DNA of 64,000 bases from Hypanus sabinus (Eukaryota), in NCBI RefSeq assembly GCF_030144855.1, contig NC_082710.1:165416001-165480000 (forward strand), read 5' to 3'. Shown piece by piece: positions 12,291 through 25,029 of this stretch. The notes below the pieces were generated by a model. The model worked only from the letters and a program-made list of their open reading frames with translations. It searched no databases and was not told the DNA's origin. Every line of letters begins with the position of its first letter. Within the stretch, counting starts at the first letter, position 1. The position numbers were made by a program, and so were the translations under genes.

Positions 12291-14109
12291 CCTCCAGCGA
12301 TTTATGTGTTGCTCCAGATTCCAGCATCTGCAGTCTCATTACAAAGGGTGGGCACTGATAGACTCAGACGAGGAAAGGCGGGATGTATGCGACGTAAGTG
12401 CTGGCGTGGATATATCCGGCCCGCACTGGATATCGAAGGGCTAGGTCGTGTGTTACAGACCCTCAGGTGTTTTCTGGGCTTACTGGATAAAGACCAGTCA
12501 TGATCTGAGTTGTAAGAATGTGTGCTGAATCGAATGTATGAAGGGACATGTCACAAGTTCATGAGCAGTGAATATTGGTTTTAAAGTTGCAACCCATCTG
12601 CGAAGATTCGTCCTATCGTAGGGATGAGGTCTCTGGGGTTTTATTTGACGTTTCTGTGGGCTCTGGGCTTTTACGGGATGGTACCATGCCCACTCTTCTC
12701 ATTTCGCAGCCGAGCTTGGGCCCGTCCACGGTGGAGTTACAAAGTGTAAAACATCTCATAAAAATTAGATTTCTGTAGCTGTAGCACGCCACTTTACAAG
12801 ACATGGACAACATCAAACGTAAAATTATATAAATTATAAACAGGCAACTCAATAATTCATTATTTTGCTTCTTTATATTTCTCGAATGTTGTGTTTCTGT
12901 TGCATTTCGCACCCACACGCCGCAGCGATTTCCGGAGACATGTTAATGCATAAGACCAATGGTTGATTTTTGAACGTTCGCCCTCTATAGATAACGCAAC
13001 TAGTGGATATTCTGCATCTGCTGAAAGTTTTGTGTTTACTAATTCCACCCAACTCCACCCTGTTAAATGCAACGTTCACTTACGTCTATGTTCGTCTGAT
13101 TATGGACTATCCGTGTTGGGAAATCTTCCCGTGAAGGGCTGTCCCAAAGAGGGGAATCTGCGAGAAAAAATGATTAATTGATTCGATCTTGATCCAGCAC
13201 GGATCCTGTGGGCTAAATGGCCGCCTCCTTGGCTGCAGTAATCTGTGTAGAAAGCCGCTGACGCTTCACCCAGAAACGAAATTGAAGTGAGGGGACTGAA
13301 GGGAAGCAAAGTATTGACAGATCGAATTGACCCCCACCCCCCACCCCGACGCTGCCAGCTGTATTTCTTTGTCTCAGACCAGAGTGCTCATTTTCATCAA
13401 GATAAGCTCGGTGTCTGTACGGAACGACCTCATTTTGAATCCCTGTTTGAGAGCTTTACTAGGCGTAGCGGTTTCTTGGCTTCGCTGCAGTTTTCAGACA
13501 AATACCGCAGCCCATAGTCTCTTTCTCCGCTCCAAAAATAAGAATTCGCACCCACCCCACCCCACGCTGCTCTGCATTTCCGAACCTTCAGCCGTCCGCT
13601 CCGAACAAACTTCCCTCCCTCAACCTCAGATATTAATCCACCCACCACGATGGTGGAAATCTGCGTGACTGACATTTAACCCCATTGGCCCGGAGACTCA
13701 GTGGGGGGGGAAGTTGGTGTAGTGGTTGTCTCACAAAGTGCCGAAACACCCCACGGTCCAGGCACCGTCGCAGCAACCCCTCCCCCCATTAATGGACTCA
13801 AGATTAAATCCGGATAAACAAACACATACGTACTTTAAATTCACTTTTCATTTTTTGTCATATTCTTTGGTGAAGGCATCAGTCAGCAGAATGTACAGAA
13901 AATGTTGGAAGCATTCAGCAGGTCAGGTGGAAATGGGTTTAATGTTTCAGTCAGCCTAACGGAAAGGGTTAATGTTGTTTCTCTCCGCACAGGCGCAAAC
14001 TGACATGTTGAGTGTTTTCAATGTTATTTTTGTTTTAATTGTAGATTTGCAGTACCTGCCATTTCCTTCCAAACCCTGGGCATGCTTCACTGTACATAAG
14101 TCCCCGATA

Positions 14110-14272
14110 ATGATGGTAGAGGTTTACCGGCGTGGCGCTTTATTCATCCTTTCTAACAGAGGAGCGAGGTGCCTCTTGCTGCCTGGAAGAGAAATTCTGA
14201 TCGGTGTTAACCTCAGTTTTTTGTTCGGGATCGTCGCGATATCCGGCCTGCACCTGGGTCAAGGTCTAATCG
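14110..14272 (+). CDS. Candidate exon with a hydrophobic stretch and a perfect phase-1 donor (putative upstream paralog)
   Basis: Encodes ...ILIGVNLSFLFGIVAISGLHLGQGLI followed by G|GTAAGT. The 5' boundary is unclear. Confidence 0.3.
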
Positions 14273-14624
14273 GTAAGTGATTCCACCCACGCACTTGAGA
14301 CAATTCCACAGATGTCAGGCATGTCGCTTGCCAAAAGATGTCGGGGTGATTCGAAACATATTGGACAGGTACGCATCGCACCAGCTGGAATTTCGGGAAA
14401 ACCTGTGTCCCATAAAAACAAGTCAGTCTGTAAGATTTTATTGGTGTCAAGATCACAAGTTTGTGACAAATCTAAACGGTATTACAAGCTGTCTGATTTG
14501 CATTATTACAAACGACGCTCATTGACCCTTTTATTACATACACCTGAGCACCTGCTCGTTAATACAGATAACGCATTCGGCAGCAGTTCAATGCATAAAA
14601 ACATACATACATGATCAAGAGGTT

Positions 14625-15045
14625 TAATTGTTGTTCACACCAAGCTTCAGAATGGGAAAGGAATGTGTTCTAAGTGATTTGACTGTGGAATGGTTGTTGG
14701 TGCCAGGCCGGGATGGGTTGACTATCTCAGGAACTGTCGATCCCTGAAATGTTCACGCGCAGGTGTAAAGAGTTCACAGAGATTGTTGCCAAAAGCCAAC
14801 AATAGAAGGAAACCATTAAGTTAACGTCAGTTCTGTGGGCAAAAATGTCTTGTTAGTGAAAGAGGTCAGAAGAGATTGGCCAGACTGATTCAAGCTGATA
14901 GAAAGGCAATATAAACTAATCACCACAGTGGTGTGTAGAAGAGGATATCTGATCTCACAACCTGTCGAATCTTGAAGTGGATGGACTACAGCAGAATGCA
15001 TTCAGTGGCCACTTTCTGGTACCTCCTGTCCCTAATAAATTGGTC
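14625..15045 (+). mobile_element. Tc1/mariner non-autonomous fragment
   Basis: Degenerate Tc1 transposase N-terminus and a cagtggccacttt terminal-type motif. A related copy lies on the minus strand at 40960-41240. Confidence 0.65.
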
Positions 15046-15499
15046 AATGTGAAAAGCGGAGAAGCGTCTAACTGCCGCGTCTCTGTAACACAAAACAATT
15101 GGTTATCATTTATGTGTTTGAATGCCGTTTTACTTCGCCATTCACAGTCTGAATTCTATTGAAATGCAGTACTGTAACTCGACCTGACTTCTGATTTTAA
15201 TATAAAATCCCCGATTGCATTCTAATCGGATTTATTGCAACCCGCATTCTTCGAACATATTCGAAACTTCTCAATTAAAATCTAAAATCGTTGATCGGAG
15301 TCTAATCACATTTAGTTACAATGTAAAGTAGTTAATTTCAATATGAACTCCTTAATTGCAAAGTGATGTGTTATTTGCGTTCCAAAATAATTGGCCATAA
15401 ATTAGTCCTTGTCGGTTGTATTTTTATAACTTTTATCTTGCAAATGCTTCATTGGTTTTGTCTCTTTCTGTAATTTCACCCAGACTAATAAAACGTCAT

Positions 15500-15860
15500 C
15501 TGCGCTATCACTTTGGTTTCCATTAATAGATTATCGTCGTCTATAATTAACACCCTGAAAACTTTTTGTGAAATGTACGTGGCAATTAAATAGTTATTCC
15601 TGTAATGTATCAAGTATTTATGAAGAATGTTGAAGGAGCAGCAGGGGCTATGCCTCTCAATGCCATTTCAACTTCCCATTTTCAGACGCCTGTAGTGATT
15701 CGATCCGCATTGTTGGGTTTCCTGACTTTACCGCAGCTCAGAGCAGTGAGGAACCAGTGTTTTGCCAGTGCTCTGTTTGCAGTCACATTGTACATTCTCA
15801 TTTTACTTCGCTCATCAGTTTCCTGATGCAACCTCTGGCAGTTTGATCTCAGCTGGATCT
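15500..15860 (+). repeat. Paralogous block Z (copy of 62230-62560) with a conserved splice acceptor at 15685/62422
   Basis: Shared atagattat..tctataattaaca, ctcaatgccattt..cttcccattttcag and ctcatcagtttcctgatgca. Confidence 0.85.
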
Positions 15861-16734
15861 TGATCTGTGCTATGTTCTCTACTCAAGCCAACCTATTGCT
15901 GTCTACTCCATGAGACTATTTTGTATCGAATCAACTTTGATGTGGCACCTTAGCAAACACCTTCGGAAAATCTAAGGCTACTACATTCACTTAACTCTTT
16001 ATTCACAGCAGATGTTTAGCATTCAAAAACTGGAACAAATTAATCAAATGCTATTTCCCTTTCATAATACTGCGCTGACTTTGCCCGGGGGCTTTCTTCT
16101 CTTCCAAATGTCTTCAACCTCTTCCTGATGGTATATGCAGTGGCTTGAAGTTTCCTGCTTTCTCTTGCTCTTTCTTTAAAAAATAACATTGAGAGCACCT
16201 GCGAATTTTCGAAAAATAAGGCATATTTTACAGCAGTGAAATAAGGACCCGGGGTCGAAGCACATCAGACATGGCGTTAGTCATCTCATAGCTCAAACAC
16301 AAAATCCCATAGCTCAGGGTAACAGTTCTAGTGGTTGTAAAATTCCTGAATACTCTCACCACCCACCACCCCCCCCACGTTTCAATTAATAAATTAAACA
16401 TATTTTCTTGAATGCCAATTTTATATTGGAGGACATGCAGAATACAAATTCATTCACTTGTCATCTTTTTACTTTCCTTTATTTGTTCCAGCGTACACTT
16501 TCTCGAGGGCAATGACTACTTTATTATTTTAAATTGTTTTTTATATATCTCTCAGCGTGGCGGGTGGAGATACTTCTCTACCAACGGTGATTTCAGTGTT
16601 GTCAGGCGCTCATTCTCTCCGCTCGCCAGCAGGTCACCATTCGGCAAGGTGTAGCACCTTCGTAGCGACCCGTCCTCCCTACGTGAAGTCATGGAGAGCA
16701 GGTGGTGGCTAATCATAAGAGCGGCTGGTACATA

Positions 16735-17300
16735 CATGGCAGTGTGGAGAATATGAGAGACCTTGGGGTCCGTGTCCATAAGACACTCAAACCTGTTGCG
16801 CGAGTTGGCAGTGTTGTTAAGAAGGCGCTGGCACTCATCTACCCTGGGGCTGAGTTCAACAGCCGTGAGGTAATGTTACAGTTATTTAAGACCTTGGTCA
16901 GACCCCACTTGGAGTACCGTGTTCAGTTCTGGTCACCTCACTACAGGAAGGATGTGGAAACAATAGAGAGAGTGCAGAGGAGATTTACAAGGCTGTTGCC
17001 TGGATTGGAGGACGTACCTTATGAGAATAGGTTGAGTGAATTTACTCCTTGGAGGGATGGAGGATGAGAGGTGACATGATAGAGATGTACAAGATGATGA
17101 GGGGTATTGATCGTGTTGATAGCCAGAAGCTTTTCCCCAACGCTGAAATGGCTAACATGAGGGGGCATAGTTTTAAGGTGCTTGAAAGCAGGTAAAGAGG
17201 GGATGTCAGGGATAAGTTTTTCACACAGAGAGTGGTGGGTGTGTGGAATGTACTGCCGGTGGCGGCGGTGCAAGCTGATACAATAGGGTCTTTTAAGAGT
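16735..17300 (+). mobile_element. CR1 3' fragment
   Basis: RPHLEYRVQFWSP and RRFTRLLPG in ORF 16702-17067. Confidence 0.9.
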
Positions 17301-18704
17301 CTATGGATCTTAGAAAACTTGAAGGACACTGCCTAGAAGAAGGCAATGGAAAACCACTTGTGTCGAAAAACTTGCAAAAAACATTCATGGTCAAGCCATT
17401 ATCGGCCAAATCCTGATGATGGCAAATGAATTTCTCACTATTTGTTTTTTTTATATTTCATGCAAGCTTTATAATAATTTCTACATTTTGTTCTACCTAG
17501 CCCTTCGTTACTATCACTTATCAGCTGTGCAGCAGTCACAGTCGTCTTTTGTCATCACACATCCACAACATGAGATCTTTTTGCTTAACTTACTTTTAGC
17601 GTTTTTAAAACTCTTTTCGTTATCCAAAGATGATGGGTCTTCCCCATGGAATGTTATCTTCTCTTTAGAAGGTAGTCATTTTATGTATTCCTAAGGATCA
17701 CCTCAAGTATTTGTCACTATATATCAACTATTGGACCGTTTAGTCAAACTTCCAAGATCCACTTTTTGTGGCCTCTTTATTTCTCCTATTTAGTTTATAA
17801 TATTTGGGTCAGTTCTTCTATTCTGCAAACTGACCATAAATTTCAATGATGTTGTGATTATTGCGATTGAGAGGCAACTTCATGATGAGATCATTATTTA
17901 AACGTATCTCGTTGCACAATACCGACATTGTACACAGGACCCTATCATGTGGTTGCTGTTTGGAATCTGTAGAAGGGAATGGAGACAACTTGCGTATTCA
18001 AAGCTGAGGAAAACTTGCTGATAGATGCGCAAAAACTCAGTGCAGTCACACCAGTGCCTTTGTGAAGAAGTTCTTCAGTCTAGCGTTCTAACACCGGCAG
18101 ACTCTGAGGAGATGTGCGCCGTTTTACACCCTGTTAAACATTTCAAATGTGTATTGTTTAAGACGAAACCTCAGTGCTGTTGACGTATTTCAATAGAGTG
18201 TATCGAACTAATGGTAGACAAAAAGGACGGCATATTTTTATTTACTATATGCATTTTGAATAAGTTATTTATTTTTGGGGAGAACAAAGTTTGTACACCA
18301 TTCCTACGAGCGATTTCATACCTTTATTTTAGCTCATCCCCATATAGAACGTGTCTACATCCAGCTTCCTGAACATCTTTCATCTCAGACCCTAATACTG
18401 ATATTAGCATTCATTAACTGAGCCAAATCCCTTCAACTTTTCCGACTTCCTGGTATTTTTATTTCATTAGCTCCTTCAACATTCAGGTCCCAGTAAATGT
18501 CATTTTGCAGCAATGCCTCTATAAACTTGCGCCATGTTTTCATTGCACCCTAAGTTAGCCGTTGATTAGCAAGGTATGTGCATTCAAGTGACAGAGTCGT
18601 TCAGATTCGATTCGCCTGTTCCCCTAACTTTTATCCCTTGACCCTACTACTTAGTTTAAAGTCTGGTCGGGATTTGTAATAATGCAGAGTAATATTAATT
18701 TATA

Positions 18705-19325
18705 GAAACATGGAAACAGAGAAAAGGTACAGCACAATACAGGCCATTCGGCCCACAGAGTTGTGTCAAACACGTCCCTACCTTAGAAAAAACTAGGCTT
18801 ACCATTAACCCTCTATTTTTCTAAGCTCCATGCACCTATCCAAAAGTCTTTTAAAAGACTTTATCGTATCCGCCTGCACTACCGTTGCTGGCAGCCCATT
18901 CCACGCACTCACCACTCTCTGAGTAAAAAAAAACTTACCCCTGACATCTCCTCTGTACCTACTCCTCAGTACCTTAAACCTGTGTCCTCTTGTGGCAACC
19001 ATTTCAGCCCTGGGAAAAAGCCTCTGACTATCCACACGATCAATGCCTCTCATCATCTTATACCCCTCTATCAGGTCACCTCTCATCCCCCGTCGTCCAT
19101 TCAACCTATCCTCATTAGGCATGCTCCCCAATCCAGTTAACATCCTTGTAAATCTCCTCTGCACCTTTTTATGGCTTCCACATCCTTCCTGTAGTGAAGC
19201 GACCAGAACTGAGCACAGTACTCCAAGTATGGTCTGACCAGGGTCCTATATAGCTGCAACATTACCTCTTGGCTCCTAAATTCAATACCACGATTGATGA
19301 AGGCCAATACACCGTACGCCTGCTT
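18705..19325 (-). mobile_element. CR1 3' fragment
   Basis: Minus-strand ORFs 18805-19164 and 19137-19427 carry CR1 ORF2 C-terminal motifs. Confidence 0.9.
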
Positions 19326-19916
19326 ATTACAATTTATCATTATAATGGTGATGTAAAGTTGATGCAAATTAAAAATAGTAAAATTATTCTGTGGCCCTAA
19401 CAGGGCTGTCTGATAATTGTGCAGCACTGTAACAGAATTCTATATAGTCAGGAGTATAATATTGATTACAGTAGTAATATGTTAAATGATATTGATATGA
19501 GGTAGTAGTTGTGTTGTCTGATATTAATACAATGCAATATGATATTCAGTTTTGTAACTCTGCTGTGTGACATTTTTCGTACTGAAATTAACATTAATTA
19601 AAATTAATACAAGTTTAAAAATGAGTTTAAAGTTTAAAGGTCGTAATGGTGTTGTTTGATATTAATGCTGGTTATATGAATTATGATTACCCATAATTAA
19701 TTATATTAATTCTGTTAACGATTATAATCCATTATCTGGATTGTAATACAAGTATAATACAGTGTTGTAAGGGCTATGAAATTAATATACAAGGTGAAAA
19801 TAGGTTGATATCGATGCGACGAGGCAGCGTTGCTCTCTAATGTTAATGCAGTTTTGCAATAGTGCTAAACAACACAAGAATGGATTATGGAGGCGGTTTG
19901 TTGCTTTACCATACAG

Positions 19917-19973
19917 CGCTGCTGAAGGACAGAGTTAGAGGGGAACGATTAAGCTCGCGAAGCTGTTTCGACG
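19917..19973 (+). CDS. Candidate 57-nt phase 1-1 cytoplasmic exon (xLLKDRVRGERLSSRSCFD)
   Basis: tgctttaccatacag|...|gtattt, open and symmetric. There is no homology support. Confidence 0.3.
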
Positions 19974-19989
19974 GTATTTTAATTCCGAT

Positions 19990-20170
19990 GTGGCACGGTG
20001 GCGCTCCCAACTCGTCAATCGCAGGGTCCTGCGTTTGATCCTGTCCTCCGGCGCTGTATGTGTGGCGTTTGCCCGTTCTCCCTGGAACCAGTGTTCTTCC
20101 AGTGCTCTGGTTATAATCACATTGTGGGCTGGTAGTTATTGGCCGTTGCAAATCGACCCTAGTGTGTAAA
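19990..20170 (+). mobile_element. HE1-like tRNA-derived SINE (degenerate)
   Basis: ggcacggtggcgc...gtttgatcctg..ggcgctgtatgtgtggcgtttgcccgttctccc matches my recollection of the HE1/V-SINE layout. Confidence 0.65.
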
Positions 20171-20439
20171 TGAGAAGTAGAATAGATGGGAAAGTAGGAA
20201 GGCTAGACTAGAAGGAACTTTAGTGACGGAGAAAGATTGCGTGAAAATGTCGATCACTCCCGTATGGAGTGTCCGAGGAACCCTTCCCTAATGCGGCCGG
20301 TCATCAGGGTAGAGGTGTGTATGTTTGGAGACATGAGATACAGCAGATGCTCGAATCTGGATTGAAGGGGTTGGTAGAATTCAACACAATGTACCTGTAA
20401 TGAACACAAGGTATTCTGCAGATCCTGGAAGTCCGGAGT

Positions 20440-20590
20440 AAGACAGAGAAACTGCTGGAGGATCTCAGCAGGTCAGGTAGTATCTATGGGAAGGAATCTA
20501 TGGAACATTCTGTCCGATACTCTGCACTGCTATTTATTCCTTTCCATAGATGTTTCCTGACTTGCTGAGTCCCTCCAGTGTTTTTGTTAC
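20440..20590. repeat. Imperfect inverted-repeat interspersed element; related copies near 35805-35950, 41505-41630 and 48715-48790
   Basis: ctggaggatctcagcaggtcagg..tctatgggaaggaat versus attcctttccatagatg..cctgacttgctgagtccctccag. Confidence 0.7.
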
Positions 20591-20808
20591 TCTACATTTG
20601 ATTTGTGAAGTCCTTTGTGACTCTTCCCGAATATCTGCGCTCCTATTTTTACACACGGTGAGTTATGATCAGCATATAGGTTATTTCTATAATCAAACTA
20701 ATCCCGAAGTGAGCAAGGGGAACTTTTTCTGCAGGTTGGACCATCGTTTCAATTTCTGCTTAACTGCGGATGTCCAATAAAGAAGTGACTTTCGACGTTG
20801 GTCTGTAG

Positions 20809-21269
20809 CCATAATGTACACTCAGAGAGACCCTGGAAAACCTAGTGCAGACAACTGGGGAATTCCCGGGAGACCCTGTGCGGACATGCGGGAAGTTCAT
20901 TCCCTGGCGCAAAGACAGGGAATGTTGCCGCCAGATCTGACACAACCGCTCCCAGAGCCCTCAGATGAAACTCCGTTGACATACGCTTCAATCGGATTGT
21001 GGAGAATGCGCTCCAAATTTCAATTAGCGAGGAGTAGCTTCGAGAAAGTGTGCATGTTTGTGAAAACGGTTTTAAGATTGACTTACCTCCGACAATTCGG
21101 GACGGCGTTTGTTATGACTATTTTACCCTATGTATTGACGTGTCATTGTCGGATTCTGGTCAATCTCATGCCTCCACGGGATTCCAATGGGGGCTGCATT
21201 TTTGTTGTTTTTGTTCTATATGTTGGAATATTATGCTTCATTTGCAATGCATCTAAATTACGTTTCTAA
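20809..21269 (+). CDS. Candidate terminal exon with an ITIM-like LTYASI
   Basis: gttggtctgtag|CC ATA ATG is phase 1 and in frame with ORF 20814-21269. LTYASI is at 20976-20993. Confidence 0.35.
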
Positions 21270-21479
21270 TTTCCAAAACTCGCGTCACCTTCCTCTTTGC
21301 TCGCAAACGTTATTTAACTGGAGGCCGAGGTGGCTACGGAGGCATAAATCCAATTAATTCAGGGAGAAAGATTTATTAATACACAGAAATGTGCATAACG
21401 ACAGTACGCACTGTATTTACTCCTACTGAAAGAGAAACAAGAAAAAAATTGCTCTGTTATTTATTTATTTTTAGGTTTA

Positions 21480-21710
21480 GGGACTCGACCGGAACCTTCC
21501 GGCCCAAAGAGGCCGTGTTGCACAATTACACCAATGTGACCAATTAACTTACAAACCCGTACGTCTTTGGAATGTGACAGAAATCAGGAATACCCGTAGG
21601 AAACGCACGCGATCACGGGAAGATCGTACAAACTCTTTACAAACAGTAAAAACGTGTCGCTGACGCTAGAACAGTGTTGTACTAACTGTTAGGCTACCGA
21701 GCCATCTCCG
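21480..21710 (-). mobile_element. HE1-like SINE
   Basis: Reverse complement of the HE1-type core (accaattaacttacaaacccgtacgtctttgg). Confidence 0.65.
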
Positions 21711-22169
21711 GTTCGGAGAAGATAGATTTCGTCACATCACTGTCTCTGGATTCAGTGACACAACCCTGGAATAAAAAGTTGGTAGCAGTAAATATGATAC
21801 TTCCATTTAAAAAAGCAGAGGTGGGATTCGGTCAGCGTAGCACCGGCCTGACCACCTGTAAAGTCAAACTCTCTGATGTGGTTAAATAAACACTGCGTGG
21901 TTTGGAATCTGCGTCAAAACCAGAAAATACTGGATACAGCGAGTCACGTAGCACACGTGGAAAGAGAAATTAAGTTAATGTTGCAGGTCAGACGAGTCTT
22001 CGACATGAAACATTGACACCGTTTCTCTCTCCATCACGGCTTTTGTGTTTATGTTTGTGACTAAAAACTCTTACAGCTACTACAGGCTCTGAACTTGAAT
22101 TTAAATTCTGCAGCAACCTCGAATAGAACTCGAATTTGCAGATCACTGGTCTCCTAAATGATTCAGCTT

Positions 22170-24460
22170 CATAGCCGTGTTCATATCCAGCCACTTGTGT
22201 TCAAGCCCTCTTGAAATGAAAGCTAACATTGCATTTGCCTTCCTCACCACCGACTCAACCGGCAAGTTAACCTTCTGGGTGTTCTGTACAAGGACGCCCA
22301 AGTCCTTTTGCATCGCATATTTTTGGATTTTCTCCCCATTTAGAAAATAGACTGCACACTTATTTTTACTACCAACGTCCAAGACCATGCATTTTCCAAT
22401 ATTGTATTTCTTTTGCCACTTTCTTGCCCATTCTCCTAATCTGTCTCAGTCCTTCTGCAGCCTACCTGCTTTCTCCACCTTAATCTCCAGCAATTTTGTA
22501 TCATCTGCAAACTTGGCAACAAAGCCATTTATTCCATCATCTAAATCATTAATATACAGCATAAAAAAGAAACGTTCCCAGCACCGCCCCCACAGAACAC
22601 CACGAGTGACTGTCAGCTAATCAGAAAAGGATCCTGCTTTTCCCACTTGCTGCATCCTACCATTCGGCCAATACTTTAACCATGCCCGTAACTTTCCTGT
22701 AATACCACGGGCTCTTAGCTAGGTAAGCAGCCTCATGTGCGGCATCTTGTCAAAGACCTTTCGAAAGTCCAACTGTAAAATATCCACTGCATCGCCTTTA
22801 TCTATCCGACTTGTAATCACCTCAAAGGATTCTATCAGGTTCATTAGGAAGGATTTCCGCTTAAGGAAACCATGCTGACTTTGTCCTGTCTTGCCCCGTG
22901 TCACCAAGTACTCCATAACGTTATCCTTAGCAATTGATTCCAACATCTTCCCAACCACTGGGGTTAGGCTAACTGACCTGCAATTTCCTTTCTGCTGCCT
23001 TCGAACTTTCTTAAAGAGTGGTGTAACATTTACAATGTTCCAGTCCCTGGCACCATGCCAGAGTCCAAAGCGTTCTGAAAGATCATTGCTCATGCCTCCA
23101 CAATCTATACTACAACCTGTTTCAGAATCCTAGGCTGCAGCTCATTTGGTCTGGTGACTTACATACACTTAGGGCTATCAGCTTCTTGAGCTCCTGCTCC
23201 CTTGTAATAGTAACTGCATTTATTTCTCATCTTTCACACACTGCAACATCTAGCACACTGCTAGTGTCTTCTACAGTGAAGACTGATGCAAAATACTCAG
23301 TTAATTCATCTGCCATTTCCTTATCCTCGTTATCATTTCCCTGTTCTCTTGTTATAGCGGTTGTACAGCCATTCTCATCTCCTTTACTTTTAACATACTT
23401 AAAAAAACTTTTACTATCCACTTTAATAGTTTGCTAGCTTCCGTTCATATTTCATCTTGTCCCTCCGAATGACTCTTGTAGTTGCTCTCTGTAAGTTTTT
23501 AAAAGCTTCTCAATCTTCTATATTCCTGCTAAAATTTGCTTTGTTCTATGCCCTCTCTTTTGCTTTTTCATTAGCTTTGTCTCCCGTTGTCAGCCACTGC
23601 TTTGCCATTTGAGTATTTCTTCATTTTTGGAATACACATGTCCTGCACCTTCCTCACACTTCCCAGAAAGTCACACCATTACTACTCTGCTGTCATCCCC
23701 GCCAGCAGGTCCTGCCAATTTACTCTGACCAACTCCTCTCTCACGCCACTGTAATTTCCTTTACTCCACTGAAATAGTGCTAGGTTGGACTTTACTTCCT
23801 CCACATCAGATTTCAAGTTGAAGTTACTCATATTGTGATCACTGGCTTCTGAGGTCTCTTTAGGTCATTCACCACCCTCCCCGCCCCCCCCCCCCCCCAC
23901 CAATAATACTCAAGCAGGAGGACTTATTGTTAACGGGGACAGTCATTGAGGTACTCTCTAGTGTCTGACTCTTGCCCTTCCCTCTCCTGACTATTACCTG
24001 TCTCCCGAGGCCCGGTGTGATTACTTGCCTATAGCTCCTCTCTGTCACGTCCTCACTTTCCCTGACTAGGCGAAGGTCATCGAACTGCATCTCCACTTCC
24101 CTAACCAGGTCCCTAAGGAGCAGCAGCTCGACGCATCTGGCGTACACGTGTCCGTCCGGGAGGTTGAGAGTCTCCTGGACAGCCCACATCTGACACCCAA
24201 AACAAAACACCGGCCTCACAGGCATATTTCCTATTCCTGTTCTTCACAAGCAACTTACTTCATCTCGACCCGTTGAGCCAAAGTCCTCCTACTCTAACTC
24301 CCTCTATTATGACACCCACACCTCGGGCGCCCGCTCTGTAAAGCTGCCTTCTACTTAAATTCTTCCTGTCTAACTCGCTGACGTCCACACGCCTGCACAG
24401 TCGTGCCTCGATCCTCGTGTCTAGATGAATAAACCCGACACACACTTTCTTCACTTCTCA
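22170..24460 (-). mobile_element. Internally deleted CR1 retaining the 5' UTR, ORF1 N-terminus and ORF2 pieces
   Basis: ORF 23869-24225 is homologous to ORF1 5620-6015. ORF 22719-23093 carries RT motifs. Confidence 0.9.
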
Positions 24461-24559
24461 CATGCCCGCTCTCACCCTGCCTCTATCGAGACAGAACGGA
24501 GATAGAGTTCCCCGGGTCCTTACATTTCAACCCCCTGGTCAACCACGCCAAGCACACAG

Positions 24560-24860
24560 CCTTGGCTACTTCTACAAGCCAATTCTTCCTTTGTCCCTCC
24601 TTTTAAACACCAGTATCTAATGCCGCCCTGATCATCTCATCACTTCCCCTGCAAGTGCAGGATGTATAACATCTGCCCGTACCATGATTCCTTCACCTCT
24701 ACTCAGGGGCCTGATCAGCACTTCCAGGTAAGGAAAAGATTCATTTGCACATCCTCTATCTTGGTCAATTAAATTTGGTGCTCACGATGTGGCTTCTTCT
24801 GCATCCGTGCGTAGGTGGCCAATTTGCAGAGCACGTGAATTCTTTCACAATGATCACAAT
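24560..24860 (+). mobile_element. Penelope-like GIY-YIG endonuclease remnant
   Basis: Degenerate C.C...C..C...GP...F.V...F.C.S.LV...CS.CGL pattern read by eye. Confidence 0.5.
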
Positions 24861-25029
24861 ATTTAGTCGTGAGAAGCTAAACGGAGCGTATCGATTAGTG
24901 TCAGGGTGTGGGGCAGTTGATGGGGATACGAAAGGAATTTAAAATGGGCTCATGTAGCTTTTATGAAAATGGGCAGATAAAGATCGGCGTGATTCCATTG
25001 CTCAGTTCGGGTGCAGTCTGTCTGGATTA

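Noticed and set aside
14110-14272. Use of this exon as the leader for V1/V2
   Set aside because: It is long for a signal peptide and more distant. The 25290 exon has a better Kozak context and cleavage site.
19340-19830. AT-rich stretch with recurring tgatattaat words
   Set aside because: It is low complexity with no regular period or coding signal.
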